Shown here piece after piece: positions 1-12,050 of a DNA stretch of 64,000 nt. The first letter of the stretch is position 1. The number at the start of each line of letters is the position of its first letter. The stretch is from an uncultured Acidobacteriota bacterium. Its GTDB lineage: Bacteria; Acidobacteriota; Thermoanaerobaculia; UBA5066; Gp7-AA6. Location of the stretch: assembly GCA_963733815.1 (NCBI GenBank), contig CAVTEG010000015.1, forward strand, positions 464,313-528,312. Reading direction: 5' to 3'. The notes under the pieces were generated by a model. That model was given only the letters and a program-made list of their open reading frames with translations. It was not told the DNA's origin and did no database searches. The position numbers and the translations under genes were made by a program.

Positions 1-436
1 GGGAATGATCGGCGGCCAGATGGCGGACCTGGAGGCGGAAGAAGAGCGCTCGCCGACGGCCGAGCTGCTGACGAAGATCCACGAGAACAAGACCGGCAAG
101 CTCATGCGCGCGTCGCTCATGGCCGGGGCGATCCTGGCCGGCGCGGACGAGGCGACGCTTTCGCGCGTGGACCTCTACGGCCGCAAGATCGGCCTCGCGT
201 TTCAGATCAAGGACGATCTGCTCGACGTCGAGTCCGACGCCGCCACGCTCGGCAAGGCGTCCAACAAGGACGCGGCGGCGGGCAAGGCCACGTTCCCGGT
301 CATCTGGGGCGTCGAGCGCTCGCGCACGCTCCTTTCGGAAAACGTCGACGAGGCGGTCGCCGCGGCCTCGGCGCTGCCGGGAGGGGGAGGCGTCCTTCCG
401 GAGCTCGCCCGCTTCGTCGGTGTGCGCAAGTCCTGA
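1..436 (+). CDS. trans-isoprenyl (farnesyl/geranylgeranyl) diphosphate synthase, C-terminal fragment; 5' end off-window
   Basis: The frame of ORF 5..436 stays open to the window start. It has the GGQxxDL, KTGKL and second Asp-rich FQIKDDLLD motifs of polyprenyl synthetases. Stop at 434-436. Confidence 0.85.
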   Translation, partial: GMIGGQMADLEAEEERSPTAELLTKIHENKTGKLMRASLMAGAILAGADEATLSRVDLYGRKIGLAFQIKDDLLDVESDAATLGKASNKDAAAGKATFPVIWGVERSRTLLSENVDEAVAAASALPGGGGVLPELARFVGVRKS

Positions 437-504
437 TCCCGGTCAACGCCCTCGCATCCTTCGCATCCACGAAGGGCATCCTCCGGGGAGTCCCTTTTTT
501 TGAT

Positions 505-1536
505 ATGTCAGTCCCGAATTCCATGCGCGCCTTCGTCCAGACCCGCGTCGGGCACTTCGAGGAGAAGGACCTTCCGCGTCCCTCCGCCGGACCGGGAGAG
601 GTCGTGCTCCGGATGCGGGCCGCGCTCACCTGCGGAACCGACCTCAAGATCCTGGAGCGGGGGCACTCGCGCATCCGGCCCCCGCTGACGATGGGCCACG
701 AGGTATCGGGCGAGATCGTGGACGTCGGATCCGGCGTGACGGCGTGGAAGAAGGGGGAGCGCGTCGTGCCGGGGATCTCGGGGCCGTGCGGCCGCTGTGC
801 CGACTGCCACGGCGGGCGCGCGAACCTCTGCGCCGCGGGACACGCGGATCGGCTGTGGGGCGCTTTCGCCGAATACGTCCGTGTGCCGGCGGGCGTCGTC
901 GCGCGCAACCTGCATCGCCTTCCGGAGTCGCTCGAAGACGAACTCGCGGCCTTCCTCGACCCGCTGGCCTCGGTCCTCCACGGCTGGAACCGCCTGCGCG
1001 CTCCGGCGGGGACGCTGCTCGTGTACGGCGCCGGCGCGCTCGCCTTCCTGTGGGCGGCGGTCGCGCGGCGGCAGGGTCTCGACGTGGTCATCGCCGGCCG
1101 CCGCGTGGAGCGAGCGGCCCTGGCGGCCCGGCAGGGCGCGCGCTTCGTGGACCTGACGCAGACGGGCCCCGAGGCTCTCGTGGATGCGGGAGGCGGACCG
1201 CCCGACATCGCGGTCGACTGCACCGGCGATCGCGCGGTCTGGGAGCTGCTTCCGGAGGTCGTGCGTCCGGGCGGGCAGGTCCTTCTCTTCGGAGGCTGTG
1301 CGCCCGGCGAGTCGGTCACGTTCGACGCGGCGCGCCTGCACTACGCCGAGGTCGCTCTCGTGGGCTCGTTCCACTACACGCCCACGGAAGCGCGCGCGGC
1401 TCTCGACGCGCTCGCGGCCCGTGAGATCGACGTCCGCGGCATCGTGGCCGGCCGTGGAACGCTCCAGGACCTGCCGCGGTTCCTCTCCGCCCAGCAGAAG
1501 GGAGAGGGCGTTCGCTACGCCGTCCTCGGAGGCTGA
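505..1536 (+). CDS. zinc-dependent medium-chain dehydrogenase/reductase (sorbitol/threonine dehydrogenase-like)
   Basis: ORF 505..1536 (343 aa). It has the catalytic-Zn motif GHEVSGEIV, the structural-Zn Cys cluster CGRCADCHGGRANLC and a Rossmann segment LVYGAGALA. Confidence 0.85.
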   Translation: MSVPNSMRAFVQTRVGHFEEKDLPRPSAGPGEVVLRMRAALTCGTDLKILERGHSRIRPPLTMGHEVSGEIVDVGSGVTAWKKGERVVPGISGPCGRCADCHGGRANLCAAGHADRLWGAFAEYVRVPAGVVARNLHRLPESLEDELAAFLDPLASVLHGWNRLRAPAGTLLVYGAGALAFLWAAVARRQGLDVVIAGRRVERAALAARQGARFVDLTQTGPEALVDAGGGPPDIAVDCTGDRAVWELLPEVVRPGGQVLLFGGCAPGESVTFDAARLHYAEVALVGSFHYTPTEARAALDALAAREIDVRGIVAGRGTLQDLPRFLSAQQKGEGVRYAVLGG

Positions 1537-1562
1537 GCGGTCTCTCCCGGCGTCGTGGGACA

Positions 1563-2393
1563 ATGGGCCCACTGAGTATCGAGACTCGACTGCGGACGCC
1601 GCGCGCCGTCATCCTCGCGGCCGGAGCTGGGACCCGTATGCGGCGCCCCGACGGCCGGGCGGCGCTCGACGCGGAACAGGCGAAGGCGGCCGACGCGGGC
1701 CTGAAGGCCCTGGTCCCTGTCGGCGGGCGTCCCTTTCTCGATCACGTCCTGTCGGGCCTGGCCGACGCCGGCGTCCGCGAGATCTGCCTGGTCGTGGGTC
1801 CCGGCCACAACCCCGTCCGGGAGCGCTACTCCCGGCGGCCGCCCCGGGGGCTGACCGTGAGCTTCGCCGTCCAGCCGAAGCCGCTCGGCACGGCGGACGC
1901 TCTCCTCGCCGCGGAGGACTTCACGCACGGCGAGGACTTCCTGGCGCTCAACAGCGACAACCTGTATCCGGTGTCGGCCTACCGCGCTCTTCGTGCGCTC
2001 GATAGTCCCGGCCTGCCCGTCTTCGACCGCGAGCGGCTGGTCGCGACGAGCAACTTCACGAAAGAGCGCGTCGACCAGTTCGCGGTGCTCGAGGTCGGAC
2101 CCAACGGCTTTCTCGAGGCGATCGTCGAGAAGCCGAAGACGCCGCGCCCCGGTCCCGTGCTTCTTTCCATGAACCTCTGGAGGTTTTCGCCGCGCATCTT
2201 CGAAGCCTGCCGCGAAGTGCCGGTCTCGGTGCGAGGCGAACGCGAGCTGCCGCAGGCGGTCGGCTGGGCCATCGCGCGAAGGGGTGAGAAGTTCCGCGCC
2301 ATCCCCTGCGCGGAGGGTGTCCTGGACCTCTCGACGCGCGCCGACGTCGCGGAAGTCTCGGCGCGTCTGGCCGCGGCAGAGGCGCGCCCGTGA
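1563..2393 (+). CDS. sugar-phosphate nucleotidyltransferase (NTP-transferase fold)
   Basis: ORF 1563..2393. The N-terminal loop AVILAAGAGTRM is typical of sugar-1-P nucleotidyltransferases. The stop overlaps the next start (GTGA at 2390-2393). Confidence 0.75.
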   Translation: MGPLSIETRLRTPRAVILAAGAGTRMRRPDGRAALDAEQAKAADAGLKALVPVGGRPFLDHVLSGLADAGVREICLVVGPGHNPVRERYSRRPPRGLTVSFAVQPKPLGTADALLAAEDFTHGEDFLALNSDNLYPVSAYRALRALDSPGLPVFDRERLVATSNFTKERVDQFAVLEVGPNGFLEAIVEKPKTPRPGPVLLSMNLWRFSPRIFEACREVPVSVRGERELPQAVGWAIARRGEKFRAIPCAEGVLDLSTRADVAEVSARLAAAEARP

Positions 2394-3739
2394 CGAGCGC
2401 CCGGATCGAGGAGCGGCTCCGCGCCGCGGGCCTGTCGGAGGCCGAAGCGCGGCGCAAAGGCGAGCTCTTCGTGCAGGTGGACGCGGCGCTGGCCGGGCTC
2501 GGGCACTCTCCGGCGAACGCGCGAAAGTGGTTCGTGCCCGGCCGGATCGAAGTCCTCGGCAAGCACACGGACTACGCCGGCGGCCGAAGCCTCCTGTGCG
2601 CGGTGGGGCGGGGGTTCTGCGTTGCCGCGGTCGCGCGCGAGGACAGGATCGTCCGCGTCGCGGACGCCGGGCGGCGCCAGAGCGGAGAAGTCGCCCTCGA
2701 TCCCTCGGTCGTGCCGGCTTCGAGCGGATGGAGGGTCTTCCTCGAGACCGTCGCCGGGCGCCTCGCCCGCAACTTCCCCGGAAAGCTGCGCGGCGCCGAC
2801 GTCGCCCTTGCGAGCGATCTGCCGCGCGCCTCGGGCCTGTCGAGCTCGAGCGCGCTGGTCGTGGCGCTCTTCACGGCGGTCGCCGACGTCAATGCTCTCT
2901 CCGAGCGGCCGGAGTACCGCGCGAACATCCGGAGCGCCGAGGACCTCGGCGGCTACCTCGGAGCGCTCGAGAACGGACGAGCGTTCGCCGCGTTCCATGG
3001 CGAGCGCGGCGTCGGGACGTTCGGCGGGAGCGAGGACCAGACGGCGATCCTCTGCAGCCGGGCCGGAGAAGTGGCGCAGTACGCCTTCTGCCCCGTCCGT
3101 GGAGAGAGGCGCCTGACACTGTCTCCGGACTGGAGCTTCGTCGTCGCCTCCAGCGGCGTGGCGGCCGACAAGTCGGGGGAGGCCCGCGAGCGCTACAACG
3201 GCGTGTCGTTGTCGGCCGCGGCCATTCTCGAGCTCTGGAACCGCCCGGCGCGCCGCGAGTGACGGCAGCCTCTCGAGGCCGCAGCGGCGGCCCCGGACGC
3301 TCGTTCGAGCGGATTCGCAATCTCGTGCGGGTGCTTCCGGTGAAGGGCTTTTCCTCGGAGAGACTCCGGCACGCTCGACCAGTTCCTGGAGGAGTCGACC
3401 GTGCTGGTGCCGGGCGTTGCCGACCTGCTCGCGCGGGGCGAGATGATCCTTGCGCGGGCGAGCTGGTGGATCGATCCCAGGCGCTCGCCGAGACGTGTCT
3501 TCGGAAGCTCAGGTGCCCGAGACCGTGCTGCTGGCGAGGGAGGCGAGGCGGCTGGGTGCGGCCGCGGCCTCGGCCCGGAAGCGGGCTTTGGGGGCAGCGT
3601 CTGGGCGCTCGTGCAGACGGCGGAGGCCGAGGCCTTCCGCAAGCGCTGGGCCGAGCGCTACTCGCAGGAGTTTCCCAACCCCACCGAGCGCTCCCGCTTC
3701 TTCAAGACGCGGCCGGGGCCTTCTGTGGTGCGGCTATAG
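2390..3739 (+). pseudogene. GHMP-family sugar-1-kinase (galactokinase-like); 3' third disrupted by frameshifts
   Basis: ORF 2390..3262 carries the galactokinase signature GRIEVLGKHTDYAGG and the GHMP ATP motif PRASGLSSSSALVVA. The C-terminal GHMP motif AGFGGSVWALV (about 3581-3615) and the tail to stop 3739 are recognisable. They are reached only through several frame changes; fragments GELVDRSQALAETCLRKL and VPETVLLAREARRLGAAAAS lie in two other frames between 3260 and 3600. Confidence 0.75.
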
Positions 3740-4875
3740 CTCCTTCGCCGGCGGGTTGAAGGTTTCAACGGCGGCTGACGCCCGATCGCCTCCTTGATGG
3801 GCGGTGCCGCTTTCGGATTGACCGCGTTCCAATCTTTTCCCAGCAGGGCCGCGGCGGTGGCCGCGATCTGGCTCTGCGTCACCCTCGGCGCGTTGCGGCG
3901 CTCGCCCAGGGCGGGCGTATCCGGACCCAGCGACGCCGATCCACATGTTCTCGGCGCCTTCCACGTTCCAGTCGTGGTGCTTCCAGTTCTCGGGACCGTC
4001 CCCGCGGCCGTGGTCGGTCGTGACGATGAAAGTGGTCTTCCCGCGGTACTCGGGCATCTCCTGCATCGTCTGCCACAGCTCCCGCAGGAACCCGTCCACG
4101 GCGCGCGCCGATTGGAGCACGAGGTCGTAGCGGCCGTTGTGCGCCCACTCGTCGGTCTCGCCGAAGCCGACGAAGAGAAGGCGCGGCTTCTTCGCACGCA
4201 CGTACTCGAGCAGCGTCTGCTGAAGCAGCGCGTCCCACGGCATGTCGGAGAACTCGTGCGTGATCGAGGCGTAGAGCGTGTTGAGCAGCTCCTGCCTCGG
4301 GTTCGCGGCGTTGGGAACCGGAGTCTCCCAGCCGACGCGCATGTCGAGGCGGCTCCGGTCGCGGTTGAAGATCCGGGGGAATGCGTCCCATCCCGCGACC
4401 ACTCCCACGCGGCCATGGAGCTCCGGGGTCCCGTTGAGCCACTCGAAGACGGACACGTTGGGGTTGGGCGGGTACTCGTTGGAGTCGATGCGCGGGTCGC
4501 CCGCCCCCGTGATGATCTCGTTGTAGCCGGGGTAGGAGAACTTGAAACCGTTCTCGACCTGCGCGGAGCTCCCGGCGTCGGCGTTTCCATAGAGCACGCC
4601 CTGCTTCGCCACGACCGACCAGAAGAAAGGAAGCAGGACCTCCCGGCGCTCGAGGGCCGTCGGCCGCCAGAAGGCTTTCTTGGTCGCGGCCACGTCCTCG
4701 ACGCCTCCCGGCTTGTCGGAGACGAGAGCGGTCTCGGCGCCCCGGAACACTTCTTGCCAGCGCAGCCCGTCGGTGACGACGACCACGACGTTCTCGGTCT
4801 TCCGCGGCGGATCCGCGGCGAAGAGCGCCGGCGAGAGCGCGGCGAGGACGAGGAAGGCACCGGAGGCAAATCTCT

Positions 4876-4879
<4 letters not shown>
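3734..4879 (-). pseudogene. secreted alkaline-phosphatase-superfamily metalloenzyme (one indel near 3930; 3' end uncertain)
   Basis: GTG 4879 overlaps the upstream stop (GTGA). The signal peptide is VKRFASGAFLVLAALSPALFA. Metal-site-like motifs are VVVVVTDGLRWQEVF, GFGETDEWAH and VTTDHGRGDG. After ...NMWIGVAG the sensible sequence (PDTPALGERRNAPRVTQSQIAATAAALLGKDWNAV) continues in the frame of ORF 3658..4869. Confidence 0.6.
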
Positions 4880-7927
<3,048 letters not shown>

Positions 7928-7991
7928 CGTGCGGCGAAGTTATGGCAAGCCCGGCCGGCGTTCAAGCGTGCGTGCGATATCCTCCCGCCGC

Positions 7992-9236
7992 ATGTCCAGC
8001 GCCGCCGTGGCTCCGGTCGCCGACATCGAGACGATCCGCAAACGCTTCCCCGCGCTCGACCGGCGCGAGAACGGCGTTCCGGTGGCCTACTTCGACGGGC
8101 CCGGTGGAACGCAGGTGCCGCGCGAGGTCGTCGAGCCCATGGTCGACTACCTCTTCCGACACAATGCGAACACCCACTGGCACTACCCGACCTCGGAGGA
8201 GACCGACACGGCGATCGAAGCGGCGAGGGCCGCCCTGGCCGACTTTCTCGGAGGCGAGGCGTCCGAGATCGCCTTCGGTCAGAACATGACGACGCTGACG
8301 TATCACCTCTCCCGCGCGCTGGGGCGTTCCTGGGGTCCGGGGGACGAGGTGGTGGTCACCGAGCTGGACCACCATGCCAACGTGGATCCGTGGAAGGCGC
8401 TCGCCGTCGAGCGAGGGATCACGATCCGCACGGTGCCGCTGATCCCGGAAACCGGACTCCTCGACTGGTCGGAGCTTGAGCGCGCGGTCAATCGGCGCAC
8501 GAAGCTGGTGGCGATCGGAGCGGCGTCGAACGCGCTGGGCACTGTCAACGACGTGACGGCCGCGGCCGGGCTGGCTCGCTCGGTGGGTGCTCTGTCGTTC
8601 GTGGATGCCGTGCACGCGGCGCCGCACGTGCTTCCCGACGTGCGCCGAATCGGCTGCGACTACCTGGCGTGCTCGCCGTACAAGTTCTACGGCCCGCACC
8701 TGGGTGTCTTGTGGGGCCGCCGCGAGCTCTTCGACGCGCTCGACGTTCCCAAGCTCGAACCCGCGCCCGACTGGTCTCCGGAACGGATCGAGACCGGCAC
8801 GCTGTCTCACGAAGGCATCATCGGCGCCGGGGCCGCGGTCGACTTTCTGGCCTCGCTTTCGGGCGGCGGCGCGTCGGTCCGGCGCGCGGCGCTTGCCGCC
8901 ACCTACGCCGAGCTGCACGAGCGGGGCCGCCGTCTCTTCGGGCGGCTGTGGGAGGGCCTCGCGGCCATCCGCAAGGTGCGGCTTTACGGTCCTCCCCCGG
9001 ATGCCGTGCGCACGCCGACGGTCTCCTTCGTGATCGACGGTGTGGCTTCCACCGACGCGGCGCAAGCGCTGGCGCGCCGGGGCCTCTATCTTTCGAGCGG
9101 CGATTTCTACGCCTGGACGGTCGTGCAGCGCCTCGGCCACGCTTCCGACGGGCTCATTCGCGCGGGCTGCGCCTGCTACACGACCGACGGGGAAGTCGAT
9201 CGTCTCGTCGAGGGCGTCCGCGCGATCGCGGGCTAG
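7992..9236 (+). CDS. class-V PLP aminotransferase / cysteine desulfurase-family protein
   Basis: ORF 7929..9236. The likely start is ATG 7992 (MSSAAVAPVADIETIRKRFPALD). It has the class-V fold hallmarks TELDHHANV and the PLP-lysine region ACSPYKFYGPHLG. Confidence 0.85.
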   Translation: MSSAAVAPVADIETIRKRFPALDRRENGVPVAYFDGPGGTQVPREVVEPMVDYLFRHNANTHWHYPTSEETDTAIEAARAALADFLGGEASEIAFGQNMTTLTYHLSRALGRSWGPGDEVVVTELDHHANVDPWKALAVERGITIRTVPLIPETGLLDWSELERAVNRRTKLVAIGAASNALGTVNDVTAAAGLARSVGALSFVDAVHAAPHVLPDVRRIGCDYLACSPYKFYGPHLGVLWGRRELFDALDVPKLEPAPDWSPERIETGTLSHEGIIGAGAAVDFLASLSGGGASVRRAALAATYAELHERGRRLFGRLWEGLAAIRKVRLYGPPPDAVRTPTVSFVIDGVASTDAAQALARRGLYLSSGDFYAWTVVQRLGHASDGLIRAGCACYTTDGEVDRLVEGVRAIAG

Positions 9237-9246
9237 GAAGAGCGAA

Positions 9247-9355
9247 CCCTCTCCCCTGAGGGGGGAGGCAGGGTGAGGGGTTCCGCTTGACCTCTCGATG
9301 AGGAATAGCGAGCGAAGAAAGACGTTGAGAGCGCGCCTCACCCGCCGGGAGAGGG
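9247..9355. repeat. intergenic imperfect inverted repeat (REP-like palindromic element or terminator)
   Basis: ccctctcc (9247-9254) pairs with ggagaggg (9348-9355), and gggtgagg (9271-9278) pairs with cctcaccc (9336-9343). There is also a local hairpin ctcccc-tgag-ggggag. The element lies between two plus-strand genes. Confidence 0.4.
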
Positions 9356-9370
9356 AATAGGCTCCCTCCG

Positions 9371-10396
9371 ATGAAGGCCCTGCGCGTGGACGCCGACGGA
9401 GGCGTCTCGGTGGTCGAGGTGCCCGAGCCGGCGATCGGTCCGGGAGAGGCCCTGATGCGCACGCGCGTCGCCGGGATCTGCGGCTCGGACCTGCTCGACT
9501 GGTACGTCCGCAAGAAAGCCGGATCGATCCTGGGACACGAGGTCTCGGGGGTGATCGTGGCGGTGGGAGACGGAGTGGCGGAGCTTGCGCCCGGGGATCG
9601 CGTCGCTCCGCACCACCACGCGCCCTGTCTCGCGTGCGAAGCGTGCGCGTCCGGCCGCTATGTCCATTGTGCGGAGTGGCGGGCGTCGCGACTCGACCCC
9701 GGGGGCTTCGCCGAGCTGGTCCGGATTCCGGCGGTCAACCTCGCGCACGACACGCGAAAGATTCCGGCGGGCGTATCCGACGAGGAAGCGAGCTTCGTCG
9801 AGCCTCTCGCAACCGTCGTCAAGGCGTTTCGCCGCGGCGGCTTCGCTTCGGGACAGTCGGTCCTGGTCGTCGGACTGGGACCCGCGGGCCAGCTGGCGAT
9901 CCGCCTCGCGCGCGCCCTCGGCGCCTCCGAAGTCATCGGAGCCGATCGCGTGGATTCGCGGTTGTCCGCCGCTCTGTCCGGCGGAGCCTCGACGGTCCTC
10001 GACGTTCGAAGGGAGTCGCTCTCCGACGGCGCTCGCGGGCGCACTCGCGGTCGCGGATTCGACTTGGTGTTCGTGTGTCCCGGGAAGCCCGAGGTGATCC
10101 GCTATGCCTTCGAGGCGACCGCGCCCGGAGGAACGCTGCTGCTGTTCACGATGACTCCTCCGGGCGAAACGTGGGGCGCGGCGCTCTTCGATCTGTACTT
10201 CCGGGAAGTCTCCGTGGTGCCCTCCTACTCCTGCGGCCCGGACGATACGCGGGAAGCCCTGGCCTGGATCTCCAGCCGGCGCCTTCCGGTGGCCGACCTG
10301 GTCTCCCATCGGTTTCCGATCTCTCAGGCGAGCGAGGCTTTCGCGAGAGCGCGTGACCCCGAGGGCGCCATGAAGGTAGCCATCACGTTCGGATGA
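9371..10396 (+). CDS. zinc-dependent medium-chain alcohol/threonine dehydrogenase-like oxidoreductase
   Basis: ORF 9371..10396. Motifs are GHEVSGVIV, the structural-Zn cluster CLACEACASGRYVHC and the Rossmann segment VLVVGLGPAGQLA. The stop overlaps the tlyA start (ATGA). Confidence 0.85.
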   Translation: MKALRVDADGGVSVVEVPEPAIGPGEALMRTRVAGICGSDLLDWYVRKKAGSILGHEVSGVIVAVGDGVAELAPGDRVAPHHHAPCLACEACASGRYVHCAEWRASRLDPGGFAELVRIPAVNLAHDTRKIPAGVSDEEASFVEPLATVVKAFRRGGFASGQSVLVVGLGPAGQLAIRLARALGASEVIGADRVDSRLSAALSGGASTVLDVRRESLSDGARGRTRGRGFDLVFVCPGKPEVIRYAFEATAPGGTLLLFTMTPPGETWGAALFDLYFREVSVVPSYSCGPDDTREALAWISSRRLPVADLVSHRFPISQASEAFARARDPEGAMKVAITFG

Positions 10397-11148
10397 AGCC
10401 CGGTGCAGGACGCAAGCAAGCGCGGCGGCTGGACGTGGCCCTCGTCGAGCGCGGCCTGGCCCCCTCGCGCGAGCGGGCGCAGGCCCTGATCCTCGCGGGA
10501 CGTGTGGAGGTCGACGGCCGCCGCGCGGAAAAGGCGGGGCAGGCCGTCGCCGAGGAGGCGGCGATCACAGTTGGGCAGCCGCCGCATCCGTTCGTCTCCC
10601 GCGGCGGCGTGAAGCTCGCCGCGGCTCTCGATCACCTCGCTCTGGATCCGGCCGGCTTCGTCTGTCTCGACGTCGGAGCCTCGACCGGCGGGTTCACCGA
10701 TTGCCTGCTTCAGCGCTCCGCGGCCCGCGTCTATGCCGTCGACGTCGGGCACGGCCAGCTCGACGCGAAGCTCCGCGCCGATCCCCGCGTCGTCGTCCGG
10801 GAGAAAGTGAACGCGCGCACACTCTCGACGGCGGAGGTGCCGGAGCCCGTGGACCTGGCGGTCGCCGACGTGTCTTTCATCTCGCTGCGGCTGATCCTTC
10901 CCGCGCTGGTGCCGCTCGTGAAAAAGGGAGGCGTCATCGTCTGCCTGGTCAAACCCCAGTTCGAGGCCGGCCGCGGAGAAGTGCCGCGCGGAGGCGTCGT
11001 GAAATCGCCGGAGACGCGCCGCCGCGTCGTCGGCGAGATCGAGGCGGCCGGAACATCGCTCGGTCTTTCGTCTCTGGGCGCGTTCGCGTCCCCGATCCTC
11101 GGGGCGCGCGGCAACGAGGAAGTTCTCGTCGGATTTCGTGTAAATTGA
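10393..11148 (+). CDS. tlyA: TlyA-family rRNA (cytidine-2'-O)-methyltransferase
   Basis: ORF 10393..11148. It has an S4-like N-terminus RLDVALVERGLAPSRERAQALI, FVSRGGVKL, and the FtsJ-type SAM site LDVGASTGGFTDCLL. Confidence 0.9.
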   Translation: MKPGAGRKQARRLDVALVERGLAPSRERAQALILAGRVEVDGRRAEKAGQAVAEEAAITVGQPPHPFVSRGGVKLAAALDHLALDPAGFVCLDVGASTGGFTDCLLQRSAARVYAVDVGHGQLDAKLRADPRVVVREKVNARTLSTAEVPEPVDLAVADVSFISLRLILPALVPLVKKGGVIVCLVKPQFEAGRGEVPRGGVVKSPETRRRVVGEIEAAGTSLGLSSLGAFASPILGARGNEEVLVGFRVN

Positions 11149-11153
11149 GGCGA

Positions 11154-12038
11154 ATGAAGGGGTCACGCGGCTCGCCGACGAGGTTCTCGCGGGTCGCCAT
11201 CGTGGCCAAGACCACCTCTTCTTCCGCGGTTCGGCTGGCGGGTTCGCTGGCTACGGCGGTCCGGCGAAGGGGCCGCAAGGCTTTCTTGGACGACGCCACC
11301 GCGGAGGCCCTCGGCAAGCCGGATGGGGTGCCTCGGAGCCGCGTGTCGCGCGAGGCCGACCTGGTCATCGTCCTGGGCGGCGACGGGACCCTCCTCTCGG
11401 TCGCGCGCAACGCTCCTCCGACGACGCCTCTGCTCGGGATCAACGTCGGGCTGCTCGGTTTCCTGGCCGGACTCTCCGAGAAGGAGGCGATCCGCCGCCT
11501 CGACGAAGTCCTGGCGGGACGCTTCCGCGAGGACCGCCGGGGCCTGCTCGACGTCACGGTCACGCGAGGGCCGCACCACGGCATCTACCGGGCGTTGAAC
11601 GACGCCGTCCTGAACCGCGAGGCGCTGGCCCGCATCTCGACCTTCGCGATCGAGCTCGACGGCCGGGCCGTGGCGGAGTTCCGGGCCGACGGCATCATCG
11701 TCTCGACACCGACCGGCTCGACGGCCTACAACCTCTCGGCGGGCGGCCCGATCCTGCACCCGCAGCTGGCCGCCTTCGTGCTGACGCCGATCTGTCCCCA
11801 CACGCTGGCCCAGAGGCCGCTCGTGGTTCCGGCGTCCACCCGCATCCGCGTGCGCGTCGTCGGTCCCGAGCGCCGGGACGGCGGGGTCTACCTGACACTG
11901 GACGGACAGGAGGGATTCCCCATCCTCGCCGGCATTCCCGTCGACGTTCGCGCCAGCAAGGCGATGGTCACCCTTCTCCGGCCCCCCGAGACGGATCACT
12001 TCCACCAGCTCTCGAGCAAGCTTTCCTGGGGCGTCTAG
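11154..12038 (+). CDS. nadK: NAD(+) kinase
   Basis: ATG 11154 lies in the frame of ORF 10701..12038. Motifs are VIVLGGDGTLL, INVGLLGFL and STPTGSTAYNLSAGGPI. Confidence 0.9.
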   Translation: MKGSRGSPTRFSRVAIVAKTTSSSAVRLAGSLATAVRRRGRKAFLDDATAEALGKPDGVPRSRVSREADLVIVLGGDGTLLSVARNAPPTTPLLGINVGLLGFLAGLSEKEAIRRLDEVLAGRFREDRRGLLDVTVTRGPHHGIYRALNDAVLNREALARISTFAIELDGRAVAEFRADGIIVSTPTGSTAYNLSAGGPILHPQLAAFVLTPICPHTLAQRPLVVPASTRIRVRVVGPERRDGGVYLTLDGQEGFPILAGIPVDVRASKAMVTLLRPPETDHFHQLSSKLSWGV

Positions 12039-12050
12039 CACCCAGCGCGT

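Noticed and set aside
455-500. A hairpin (ccttcg-catcca-cgaagg) and a T7 run after the isoprenyl synthase gene, considered as an intrinsic terminator
   Set aside because: The 6-bp stem is separated from the T-run by about 20 nt, and the sequence immediately before the T-run does not form a convincing stem. The T-run could equally belong to the promoter or leader of the next gene.
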